In this document: in pieces, positions 7,571 to 16,215 of the stretch
How the letters are laid out: each line of letters starts with the position of its first letter
How positions within the stretch are numbered: position 1 is the stretch's first letter
Origin: an uncultured virus (IMG/VR IMGVR_UViG_3300000115_000010)
Lineage: Duplodnaviria > Heunggongvirae > Uroviricota > Caudoviricetes
Virus record (IMG/VR): IMGVR_UViG_3300000115_000010
Location: 58,041 to 78,040 of that record
DNA length: 20,000 bases
Direction: 5' to 3' (one strand)
Made by a program: the position numbers and the translations under genes
Notes under the pieces: model-generated
Seen by the model: only the letters and a program-made list of their open reading frames with translations
The model's database searches: none
What the model was told of the DNA's origin: nothing

Positions 7571-7600
7571 GATAGTAGGGCAATGCCCTACTATCATTTT
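7571..7600 (+). terminator. Putative intrinsic terminator
   Basis: GATAGTAGGGC-AAT-GCCCTACTATC 11-bp stem followed by ATTTT, just after the ATPase stop. Confidence 0.75.
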
Positions 7601-7614
7601 AAAGGACACTCTTT

Positions 7615-8298
7615 ATGAATCATATTAGATTAAAAAGCAAACTACCAAATACACATTTTGCTCCTAGCTACGACATTAGAATGGGAGACTTTCAATTTGA
7701 TAATGCTTCTGTATATGAAAATGTGCAGAATTTTTTATTAGAAAAAGAGCCTGACATACTAAAATTAGAATCAAATAATGATGCTGGTACTGGAGTAGCT
7801 GAAAATGACATTACTAGTAGATTTGGAATGTATAATGTATTCGATTTTGTAGACGAATGTGCAGATTTAACGGTATTACTTGATTGGTTGAGATGGTGTT
7901 ACTTAGAGTTTATGCGATCAGAAGACACTCCCGTAATTGAATGTGATATGGTATGCTGGTACAATGTACTTAGAAATAACAAAAATTTAAATGAACATGT
8001 TCATAGTAGTAATGAAAATAGTTACCTAAGTGGAAATATGCAATTTAGTAAATTTGAAACCAGTACATATTATAGAGCTCCTCTTGATCCGTTTAATGGT
8101 GTAAACATAATGGGTCCGCCAGGAAAACTGGTAATATTTCCTAGTTATGTTCCTCATGGTGTTAAAACACAATGGCAAGGAGAACGCATAAGTTTAGCAT
8201 TTGATTTATATTATTCACATTCAAATACCCAACCAGATTGGGGGAACAGTTTAAGATTTATGGATCAAGACATTTTAAAAAGGTTGACAAGTAAGTAA
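7615..8298 (+). CDS. Putative 2OG-Fe(II) oxygenase (TIGR02466-like)
   Basis: WYNV..EHVH...YLSG, PGKLVIFPSYVPHGV and ERISLAFD motifs. Confidence 0.8.
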   Translation: MNHIRLKSKLPNTHFAPSYDIRMGDFQFDNASVYENVQNFLLEKEPDILKLESNNDAGTGVAENDITSRFGMYNVFDFVDECADLTVLLDWLRWCYLEFMRSEDTPVIECDMVCWYNVLRNNKNLNEHVHSSNENSYLSGNMQFSKFETSTYYRAPLDPFNGVNIMGPPGKLVIFPSYVPHGVKTQWQGERISLAFDLYYSHSNTQPDWGNSLRFMDQDILKRLTSK

Positions 8299-8311
8299 AT
8301 AATGCTATAAT
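8284..8311 (+). promoter_or_regulatory. sigma70-type promoter for the VWA gene
   Basis: TTGACA(8284-8289)-N16-TATAAT(8306-8311) with extended TG; AGGAG RBS downstream. Confidence 0.8.
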
Positions 8312-8339
8312 ATAATGGTAACCAGAACAGGAGTTCATT

Positions 8340-9548
8340 ATGGAATATACAAACGCTCGAGAAAAACTACAAGCCGCCCGTATTAAAATGCTATTCCAAC
8401 AGCCGTTTTTTGGTAATATTGCGTGTCGTTTAAAGTTAGTAGAAGAAGATCCAGATGGTTGGTGTAATACAGCCGCTACAGACGGGCGTAACTTTTATTA
8501 TAATCCAGAGTTTGTAATGCAACTGGATATTGAAGAAACTGTATTCCTAGTTGGACATGAACTTGGACATTGTATGTATGAACATTTTTTACGTGTAGGA
8601 GATCGTAATAAATCATATTGGAACATGGCTGGTGACTATAAAATTAATGCTATGCTAGTAAAAGAAAAAATTGGACGTCTTATTACTACAGTAAAAATAC
8701 TATATGATCCGATGTTTGCAAGTGATGATTGGTGGACTGAAACAGTATATGATTATTTAATGAAAACTAAGCCGCCAATTGAAATGCCATTGGATATACA
8801 TTTGGATATGGATGGTGACAGTGACGGAAATAAAAAAGATGGTAAAACAAAAGGCAAGCCTACTATTAGTAAGGACGAAGCTAAAGCAATTAGTGACGAA
8901 CTTAAAAATGCAATGATTCAGGCGGCACAGGCTGTAGGTGCTGGTAATGTACCAGCAGATATTAAGCGGATGATTGGACAACTTACTTCACCTAAAATGG
9001 ATTGGCGGCAATTAATACGTGTTAGTTTAGAAAGTAATGTTCAAAGTGATTTTACTTTTATGACACCAAATCGTAAAAGCCAGTTTAGCAGTTGCGTAAT
9101 TCCAGGTATGGTAAATGATCAAGAGATTGACATCTGTATTGCACTAGATGTGAGTGGCTCTATTAGTAAGCAAGACATAACTGACTTTATGAGTGAAGTA
9201 CAAGGAATTATGGATCAGTTTACTAGCTATAAAATTCGTGTATGGTGTTTTGATACTAATGTTACTGGTTATGATGAATTTACAAGTGATGATGGTCGCA
9301 GTATTACTGAATATCAGATTAGAGGTGGTGGTGGTACTGACTTTGTTTGTAATTGGGATTATATGAAAAAATATGATATCGAACCAGATCAGTTTATTAT
9401 GTTTACAGATGGTGAGCCTTGGAGAAGTTGGGGCGATAAAGACTACTGTGATACTATATTCCTTATTAAAAATAGCTTTAGTAAGCCAGTAGCACCATTT
9501 GGACAAAGTGTATATTATGAAAGTGCAAAAGTTAAAGAAGCAGCATGA
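8340..9548 (+). CDS. DUF2201-type protein: HExxH metallopeptidase-like N-domain plus VWA domain (MoxR partner)
   Basis: TAATDGR, HELGH, MIDAS DVSGS, GGGGTDF and FTDG motifs. Confidence 0.9.
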   Translation: MEYTNAREKLQAARIKMLFQQPFFGNIACRLKLVEEDPDGWCNTAATDGRNFYYNPEFVMQLDIEETVFLVGHELGHCMYEHFLRVGDRNKSYWNMAGDYKINAMLVKEKIGRLITTVKILYDPMFASDDWWTETVYDYLMKTKPPIEMPLDIHLDMDGDSDGNKKDGKTKGKPTISKDEAKAISDELKNAMIQAAQAVGAGNVPADIKRMIGQLTSPKMDWRQLIRVSLESNVQSDFTFMTPNRKSQFSSCVIPGMVNDQEIDICIALDVSGSISKQDITDFMSEVQGIMDQFTSYKIRVWCFDTNVTGYDEFTSDDGRSITEYQIRGGGGTDFVCNWDYMKKYDIEPDQFIMFTDGEPWRSWGDKDYCDTIFLIKNSFSKPVAPFGQSVYYESAKVKEAA

Positions 9549-9853
9549 TGCATTGGGTAGTATGGTCATACGAAGAGTATAACAGATACCATTTTGAATA
9601 TCGCCAGCAAGATATTCAAAATGCGTATTCTGAGAGTATGAAAGTTAAAGTTTTAGAGAGGTTTCTAAAATCTGATCTTGCAGATTTTTATGTGGACATG
9701 GGAATACCGTTAACAGTTGAAGAGCGTGTTACATTAGGATCAGATCCAAAAAAACTATTGTTTGAAGTGATAGCACACACTATTACTGAAGAACAGACTA
9801 ATCGAACGAGAGAAAAACGTATAACGGATAAATTAATTAATGCGTATAATTGA
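9545..9853 (+). CDS. Hypothetical protein
   Basis: ATGA overlap with the VWA gene; 102 aa. Confidence 0.65.
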   Translation: MMHWVVWSYEEYNRYHFEYRQQDIQNAYSESMKVKVLERFLKSDLADFYVDMGIPLTVEERVTLGSDPKKLLFEVIAHTITEEQTNRTREKRITDKLINAYN

Positions 9854-10118
9854 ACAACAATTTAGTTTAAGTGATGATGATCTAGGACTACTCGCTGGTA
9901 CTAAAATTTTAGAGGCAATGCTTAAACAACGATTAATTGTAGAATTTGATGAAACACCAAATATTGAAGAAATTGATTTTGCAGGATGTACTGGTTTTTA
10001 TCACGCAAAAGTATTGGGTAAAAAAAGATACCAATTTTGGTTTGAAAAAAAACAAGATTATGATTGTTTTAGAGAAAATATGATAGCATATAAATTGTCC
10101 AATTCAATCGAATTCTAG
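9840..10118 (+). CDS. Hypothetical protein
   Basis: Overlaps the upstream stop; 92 aa. Confidence 0.7.
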   Translation: MRIIEQQFSLSDDDLGLLAGTKILEAMLKQRLIVEFDETPNIEEIDFAGCTGFYHAKVLGKKRYQFWFEKKQDYDCFRENMIAYKLSNSIEF

Positions 10119-10163
10119 ATGGATAAATAACTACGTATATAACTTATAAGGAATATAAAAAAA

Positions 10164-10415
10164 ATGAATGACGAAGTTCAAACAGATAACAATAAGCAAG
10201 AAGCTGAAGTGCCAACACCAGGTGATCAACCGTCTACGGAAAATGTAACATTGGGTGTTGGAGATCTTCAAAATGCAATTCAAATAATTGATATTGCAAT
10301 GACCAGAGGTGCATTCCGTGCTAATGAAGCAGCGCAAATTGGTACAGTATTTGATAAACTCACAAAGTTTGTTGCAAGTGTACAAAATAGCATGAATGCT
10401 GATGATAACACTTAA
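10164..10415 (+). CDS. Small acidic hypothetical protein
   Basis: AAGGA RBS; TAAATA motif upstream at 10124-10129. Confidence 0.75.
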   Translation: MNDEVQTDNNKQEAEVPTPGDQPSTENVTLGVGDLQNAIQIIDIAMTRGAFRANEAAQIGTVFDKLTKFVASVQNSMNADDNT

Positions 10416-10427
10416 AGGAGAGTTATA

Positions 10428-11078
10428 ATGGCGAATAAAAAACATATTGGAAAAGTCAAGAACACAGGACTAAATTGTGTTGTTGTATTTAGAGCAATTT
10501 ATGACGAGCGTGGGAATATCCAAGACGATACACACTGCTTGGTTCTTGAAACTGACAGATTGCCAGACATGGAACATGACGATATTGTTCGTGTATGTGA
10601 AAGCATAAACGGGCAGGAAGCAAAAGAATTCTATGAAATTGCTTCACGCCAACAGTTTAGTGACGGTAGTCCAATGTTACAAAAATTACACAAAATGGGT
10701 TGGCTTAAAAAACATCCCACTGATAACATTTTAATGACACCAAATAGTAGTACTAGTGTTCTACTAAGTGAAGTTAACGAAATTATTAAAAAAAGTGCTA
10801 GTGGTATGTCGCCAAACGATATTAAAAATAGTATGGTTGATGACACAGACAGTGCGCCAAGATCACAAACTAGTCTAAATACACAACCTAGTGGTGAACC
10901 TATTCCTTCAAATGACGGAGTACTTGACGATAGTGCGATTGCAAAAAGTATGTTAACACAAGCAGAAACATTCCTGTCAGAAGCAGCAAGACTCAAAGAA
11001 GAAGCATTTACTATGGATCCAAGTTTAAAACCCAAGCGAGGACGCAAGCCGAAGGCTGTAGTTGATGCCAGTTCATAA
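10428..11078 (+). CDS. Hypothetical phage protein with basic C-terminal tail
   Basis: GGAG RBS; 216 aa; ends KPKRGRKPK. Confidence 0.8.
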   Translation: MANKKHIGKVKNTGLNCVVVFRAIYDERGNIQDDTHCLVLETDRLPDMEHDDIVRVCESINGQEAKEFYEIASRQQFSDGSPMLQKLHKMGWLKKHPTDNILMTPNSSTSVLLSEVNEIIKKSASGMSPNDIKNSMVDDTDSAPRSQTSLNTQPSGEPIPSNDGVLDDSAIAKSMLTQAETFLSEAARLKEEAFTMDPSLKPKRGRKPKAVVDASS

Positions 11079-11400
11079 GAGAGACAGAAACTTTCAAAAT
11101 ATTGTTCGTGATTTAAGTATTAGTAGTGTTCCAGCAGATTACATTCAATCGCTTAGTCTGATAACTATAGATGGAGATAAGATCACATTTCAAGGAGAAG
11201 ATATTAGTTTAAATATTGAATCTGATAATCAAACTGACGTAGTTAGTCTTCTAATTGCTATGGTTGAAGAAAATGGTGATATTTCAGATGAAATAGCAGA
11301 TGTTGAAATTATTATTGATTATAAAAAACTTGAAACCGATATTGCAGATCTTACCAATAAATTATTAAAGGCAAATAAAAATGACAGTAAAACTAGTTAG
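11065..11400 (+). CDS. Acidic hypothetical protein
   Basis: Overlaps both neighbours; ATG 11065 (alternative TTG 11062). Confidence 0.7.
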   Translation: MPVHKRDRNFQNIVRDLSISSVPADYIQSLSLITIDGDKITFQGEDISLNIESDNQTDVVSLLIAMVEENGDISDEIADVEIIIDYKKLETDIADLTNKLLKANKNDSKTS

Positions 11401-12046
11401 CTATTCAAAAGCTACAGACGACTTTGCAGCAGAAGGGCTATCAGATCTCCAAGAGCTTATTGCATTTTGTGCAAAAGTATCAAACCCTTCGGCGCAGATT
11501 AATACTGAAACAAGTGAACGACTGATTAGATATCTAATTAAACACCAACATTGGTCACCATTAGAGATGGTTAATGCTACACTTGAAATTAATACTACCA
11601 GAGATATTGCACACCAAATTGTACGTCATCGTAGTTTTGCATTTCAAGAGTTTAGTCAACGATATGCGAATCCTGCAGAGTTTGGTGAAATGTTTGTCAC
11701 CAGAGAAGCACGTCTGCAAGATACAAAGAACAGGCAAAATAGTGTAGAGATCGACAGTGACGAAGATATACATTATGCTTGGGCTAGTAAACAACAAGAA
11801 GTAATTGATAAAGCTCGAGAAGTATATGACTGGGCGATCAATGCCGGTATTGCAAAAGAACAGGCAAGGGTTGTGCTTCCCGAAGGTAATACCAAGACAA
11901 GATTATATATGAATGGAACCATTCGCAGTTGGGTACATTATATTGACTTACGTGGCGCCAATGGCACACAAAAAGAACATATGGACATTGCTCATGCCTG
12001 CGCCAAAGTTATTGCTGATATCTTTCCGCTTATGAACGAACTATAA
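11381..12046 (+). CDS. thyX: FAD-dependent thymidylate synthase
   Basis: HWSPLE, the ThyX motif RHRSFAFQEFSQRY, AKEQARVVLP and TQKEH. Confidence 0.96.
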   Translation: MTVKLVSYSKATDDFAAEGLSDLQELIAFCAKVSNPSAQINTETSERLIRYLIKHQHWSPLEMVNATLEINTTRDIAHQIVRHRSFAFQEFSQRYANPAEFGEMFVTREARLQDTKNRQNSVEIDSDEDIHYAWASKQQEVIDKAREVYDWAINAGIAKEQARVVLPEGNTKTRLYMNGTIRSWVHYIDLRGANGTQKEHMDIAHACAKVIADIFPLMNEL

Positions 12047-12056
12047 AGTACAAGCT

Positions 12057-12638
12057 ATGGGCGTTTTTGAAACAGTAATACTAAGTTACATAATTTATAT
12101 GACAGTTGCATTGTATGGAATCACACGTGGTTATCATAGATGCTTTAGTCATCGAGAGATTAGTACATCAGTTGTACAAGAAACGCTCATGCTATATTGT
12201 GGACTACTGTGTGGGGTTAGAAGCCCGCTAGCATGGGCTGGCTTACATCGTATGCATCACGCATATAGTGACACTGAACTAGACCCACATAGTCCCATAC
12301 TAATGTCCAAATGGCGAGTGTTCTTTAGTGTGTACAAAGTACCAAATATACCAAGAAAATTTATCAAAGACTTATTGCGCAATCCACGAGTTATGTTCTT
12401 TCACAAACACGGAAAAATTATATGGATTGCACATTTTGTAATCACTTATTTTGTATTTGGACCCATAGCTATTGCTGTAAACTTTTTAATAATCTTTTAC
12501 AGTTATATTGGATACGGTGTACTCAACACGTTTGGACATGACAACAATGGTCCAGTTAATAGGTTTTGGATTAATTTAATTGCACCGTTTGAGGGCCAAC
12601 ACAGAGATCATCATGAAAGAAGCCATATTAAATCTTAG
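12057..12638 (+). CDS. Membrane fatty-acid desaturase family protein (delta-9-like, compact)
   Basis: Three His boxes (HRCFSH, HRMHH..SD...DPHSP, HRDHH) and hydrophobic segments. Confidence 0.85.
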   Translation: MGVFETVILSYIIYMTVALYGITRGYHRCFSHREISTSVVQETLMLYCGLLCGVRSPLAWAGLHRMHHAYSDTELDPHSPILMSKWRVFFSVYKVPNIPRKFIKDLLRNPRVMFFHKHGKIIWIAHFVITYFVFGPIAIAVNFLIIFYSYIGYGVLNTFGHDNNGPVNRFWINLIAPFEGQHRDHHERSHIKS

Positions 12639-13362
12639 CACTGCAATACGCACACCAGTATTACCAGAAGTAAAAGATACAATAAAACATATACCAATAG
12701 ACTACGACGGTGTTGTAAAATACAACACCAATATTTGTGAGTGGCTCAAGCCAGTAATTGATCTCAGTAATTATCATGTGTATCCAAGAAATGGTATTAC
12801 GGAAGGGTTAGACTGGTGGTACAACCAAGAATCCAGAAGTGTATACATGGATAACGGCGATTACCAATGGATAAATCCTAGAGGTAATATGTACGATGAA
12901 AGTGTAAAGTACCAAAGCATACCCAGTAGTATTGACGGAAACTGGAGAGCAACTACAGGCGAAATACTTGACCTTGCATATGTTGGCAGTACAAGTATAC
13001 AAAAGATTGATCACGATGCAGATATAGTTTTTTACAGTTTGAGCAAAAGTTTTGGTGTACGCAACATCAGAACTGGATGGATATTTACACGTATGCCAGA
13101 TGCGAGACTAGAAGCACTTACTCACAGTGCAAAATATTACAACTACTATGCTCACAGTGTTGCAGAAAATATTATAAGTAACTATGACATAGACTATGTT
13201 CACAGAAGATTACACAGTCAACAAGTAGATGTATGCAAGAAACTTGATATTATAGCCAGTGACAGTGTGTGGCTTGCTACCAGCACACATGATGATTATA
13301 GTAAATTTAGACGTAACGGAAATGTAGCAAGAGTCTGTTTAGCAGGAGTATATGAATTATGA
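12613..13362 (+). CDS. Compact fold-type I PLP-dependent enzyme (aminotransferase class I/II-like)
   Basis: NGITEGL, ILDLAY (PLP Asp), YSLSKSFG...RTGW (Schiff-base Lys) and C-terminal ARVC. Confidence 0.75.
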   Translation: MKEAILNLSTAIRTPVLPEVKDTIKHIPIDYDGVVKYNTNICEWLKPVIDLSNYHVYPRNGITEGLDWWYNQESRSVYMDNGDYQWINPRGNMYDESVKYQSIPSSIDGNWRATTGEILDLAYVGSTSIQKIDHDADIVFYSLSKSFGVRNIRTGWIFTRMPDARLEALTHSAKYYNYYAHSVAENIISNYDIDYVHRRLHSQQVDVCKKLDIIASDSVWLATSTHDDYSKFRRNGNVARVCLAGVYEL

Positions 13363-13970
13363 AAAAACACCAATTGCCAAGTATGGCTAATTTAAACTTA
13401 GATATTGATTTAAATAAATTGCAAGGAGAAATGATTAGACTTGCTGAAAAGTTTGTAGATGTACGCACTGCGAATCCAATGTTGTGTGATAATCACATGG
13501 AACTTGTTGATAGTGTATACGATAACTTTGAACAAATTAATCTAACAACACCTAGTGAAATACTACCTTACGAAGCAAGTATTAAAGAACGTATCAGGCG
13601 CAGAGAAGAACACTTATACAATATTCCTACACCAGAATACAAAGGCAGTTACTTTGAAGAAATAGTAACACAACTTAAAGCACCTGCAAGTCGTGTGCGT
13701 ATTACAAAACTAGCACCAGGAAAAACTATTCCGTTTCACGTAGACTATGATGTGAACTATGCTGTTAGATGCATTGTTCCTATTTACGGAGACAAGAATG
13801 TTGTTAATTTGTTTAGGCGTGACAGGGAATTAGAAGCATATAATTTAGAAAACGGCAATGCATATTTTCTAAACATAGGATATCCACATGCTGTTGTTAA
13901 CATGAGTAAACATGCTAGAATTGCGCTGATGTTTAGTTTGGATGGTACAGGTGATCTGGAAACTCTGTGA
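13359..13970 (+). CDS. AspH-like (Asp/Asn beta-hydroxylase family) 2OG-Fe(II) oxygenase
   Basis: RVRITKLAPGKTIPFHVD, FLNIGYPHAVVN and RIALMF motifs. Confidence 0.85.
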   Translation: MKKHQLPSMANLNLDIDLNKLQGEMIRLAEKFVDVRTANPMLCDNHMELVDSVYDNFEQINLTTPSEILPYEASIKERIRRREEHLYNIPTPEYKGSYFEEIVTQLKAPASRVRITKLAPGKTIPFHVDYDVNYAVRCIVPIYGDKNVVNLFRRDRELEAYNLENGNAYFLNIGYPHAVVNMSKHARIALMFSLDGTGDLETL

Positions 13971-14433
13971 AATAGATCCATATATAGCTGACATCGAGGA
14001 TCTGTTTTCTAAAAATGCCGATCACAAACATGCGCAGAATTATAGTAAGTATCCTTTGTTTCAATACACTGTATTTGCTCGTATGGGATGGGATCAAGGG
14101 CGTATGGTTTACTACAGTGCGGCAGTAGAGCGTCCAGAGTATAACGGAAGTATAAGAATAATTTGCAGACACACTAGAGATAGAGAATACAACTTTGGAG
14201 GATGGCGAGCTGATTTAAAGCGTGGACTAGAAACATTAGACAAGCTAACCCTTCGTGCCAAAGACTTGGGATATACTGATATATGGGTAAGCAGAGAAGA
14301 ATCACCCGAGCTACTACACTACTTTGCTGAACATAGTAAATACTCATGGAATGTAACGCACCAATCTATGCCTGGAAGCGAAAACTGGAATACAGGAGTA
14401 CAACATCAATATGTCTTACGAATACAAACTTAA
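13942..14433 (+). CDS. Hypothetical protein, possibly GNAT-fold acyltransferase
   Basis: Size and pattern (RIICRH..., RGLETLDKLTLRAKDLGYTDIWVSRE) resemble GNAT beta4-alpha3-beta5, but the acetyl-CoA motif is not canonical. Confidence 0.45.
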   Translation: MVQVIWKLCEIDPYIADIEDLFSKNADHKHAQNYSKYPLFQYTVFARMGWDQGRMVYYSAAVERPEYNGSIRIICRHTRDREYNFGGWRADLKRGLETLDKLTLRAKDLGYTDIWVSREESPELLHYFAEHSKYSWNVTHQSMPGSENWNTGVQHQYVLRIQT

Positions 14434-15163
14434 ACTAATACTACTAGCAAATCATCTAGCACTGGTACTTGGCCTACTATATACTGACTGGACATGGCTT
14501 GCTTTAAGTTTTGTAGGTTGGATATTATTTGGTAAAGTAGGAGGTGAAATTGCACTACATAGATATCTATGTCATAACAGTTTTAAAACAGGATGGATTA
14601 GGCATCGTTTGCTGATAGCTCTAAGTGTATTCAATTGTTTTGGATCTCCTGTAGCATGGTGCGGCATACATCGTAAACATCATGCTAAAAGTGAAGGACC
14701 AGATGATCCACACGGCGGACAATCAGGTTGGCGTATATGGAGTACATTTTGGGAACCATTTACAATCGAAAGAAGATATGTAGTTGACCTTGTACGTGAC
14801 CCTACTATCAAACTAGTACATAAACATTATCTAAAAATACTTTTAACTAGCTATGCAGTGGTAGCACTTATTGATTGGCGTATTGCGGTATTTTTGATCA
14901 GCGTTCCTGCTACACTGACATTTCACAGTGCTGGACTAGTAAATGTGTTTTGTCACAAGTGGGGATACAGACACTACGATACACCAGACCATAGCACAAA
15001 CAACACATGGGTTAACTTGTTAACACTTGGTAGTGGATTACATAACACACATCATGCAAAGCCAAAAGCGTGGGATAATCGTGTTAAATGGTGGGAAATA
15101 GATTTACCTGCTATAATCATAAAATATTTGTTAATCAATGACTCAAAAACTCAAACTACTTAA
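14411..15163 (+). CDS. Membrane fatty-acid (acyl-CoA/acyl-lipid) delta-9-like desaturase
   Basis: HRYLCH, HRKHH...DDPH, VNVFCHKWG, STNN, GLHNTHH and WWEID motifs. Confidence 0.92.
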   Translation: MSYEYKLKLILLANHLALVLGLLYTDWTWLALSFVGWILFGKVGGEIALHRYLCHNSFKTGWIRHRLLIALSVFNCFGSPVAWCGIHRKHHAKSEGPDDPHGGQSGWRIWSTFWEPFTIERRYVVDLVRDPTIKLVHKHYLKILLTSYAVVALIDWRIAVFLISVPATLTFHSAGLVNVFCHKWGYRHYDTPDHSTNNTWVNLLTLGSGLHNTHHAKPKAWDNRVKWWEIDLPAIIIKYLLINDSKTQTT

Positions 15164-15650
15164 TCAAATAGCTGAAAAATACAACTACAGCCTTAGTCAC
15201 TTTTTAGTGCCTACAACTCAACGACAGGGATTACAAGGAGTGGGTAGATTCAGTGACGAAAATATTTCTCCGGATACAGTAATAGCTATTATAGGTGGCG
15301 TCATAGTAGATGAGCCAGATCAAATGATATGCATGCCAATTGGTAATAAATTATATTTACATCAAGTACACTCATTGTTTAGAGCAACAACTAATCACAG
15401 TTGTGAACCAAACTGCCGCATACGTGGATTTAATGAACTTGTTAGTTTTATAGACATTAGTCCAGGCGAAGAACTTACAATTGATTATGGCACAGTTAGT
15501 GTTGGTGACGGAAAAACTATTATTGATAAGTGTACGTGTGGTAGTAAATACTGTAGAGCCACAATACGCACAGATGATTATAAACAATTGCCTAAAGTAT
15601 TACTTGCTGCTTATCCAAGATATATGAGAGACAACAATGTGGATGATTGA
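15138..15650 (+). CDS. SET-domain methyltransferase with post-SET Zn motif
   Basis: GVGRF, NHSCEPN, GEELTIDY and CTCGSKYCR motifs. Confidence 0.9.
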   Translation: MTQKLKLLNQIAEKYNYSLSHFLVPTTQRQGLQGVGRFSDENISPDTVIAIIGGVIVDEPDQMICMPIGNKLYLHQVHSLFRATTNHSCEPNCRIRGFNELVSFIDISPGEELTIDYGTVSVGDGKTIIDKCTCGSKYCRATIRTDDYKQLPKVLLAAYPRYMRDNNVDD

Positions 15651-16215
15651 TTTTGAACATATAGGTGATCATGTAATACATGTGTTTGATTACAAAGATT
15701 ACAATCAACAACAACTACTAGACGAAGCGTATAGTAGACAGTACGAGCCTTTTGTTGTGCCAATGGATGACGAAAACAGTGATCCAAATTGGTTTGAGAA
15801 AGACAGTGACGTGCAGATGAATAATTGGACACAAGCTAGATTTTTTCAAGAGCAAAAAGACGGCAGTGATCATTTAATTAACTATCCTGAAACAAAAAGG
15901 GTAACTAAATACTTTGCTAGTATAATACAAACCAATGATATTAGACCTAGATATTATAAACTAGAAGCAAACACTAGCGTTCCTGAACATGTAGATCACA
16001 ATACCAAATGCGGTGTAAATATCATTTTAAATGACAATGCAGGTCCAGTAGAGTTTGTTGGTGTTGGCTTGTTTGATTATCGTGTTGCACTGTTGAACAC
16101 TAGTGAATTACATCGTGTACCTGCACATCCACAAGAAAGAATACTATTAAAATTAAGCATAATGGACGTAGACTATGACACTGCTAAAAAGAGGATTAAA
16201 CAAAATGTATCATGA
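15637..16215 (+). CDS. AspH-like 2OG-Fe(II) oxygenase
   Basis: RPRYYKLEANTSVPEHVD, LLNTSELHRV and ERILLKLS motifs. Confidence 0.78.
   Translation: MWMIDFEHIGDHVIHVFDYKDYNQQQLLDEAYSRQYEPFVVPMDDENSDPNWFEKDSDVQMNNWTQARFFQEQKDGSDHLINYPETKRVTKYFASIIQTNDIRPRYYKLEANTSVPEHVDHNTKCGVNIILNDNAGPVEFVGVGLFDYRVALLNTSELHRVPAHPQERILLKLSIMDVDYDTAKKRIKQNVS

Noticed and set aside
12057..15650. Eukaryotic giant-virus origin suggested by SET and desaturase genes
   Set aside because: Sigma70 promoters, Shine-Dalgarno sites, overlapping operons, T4-like rnh and a CCA-encoding tRNA all indicate a bacteriophage.
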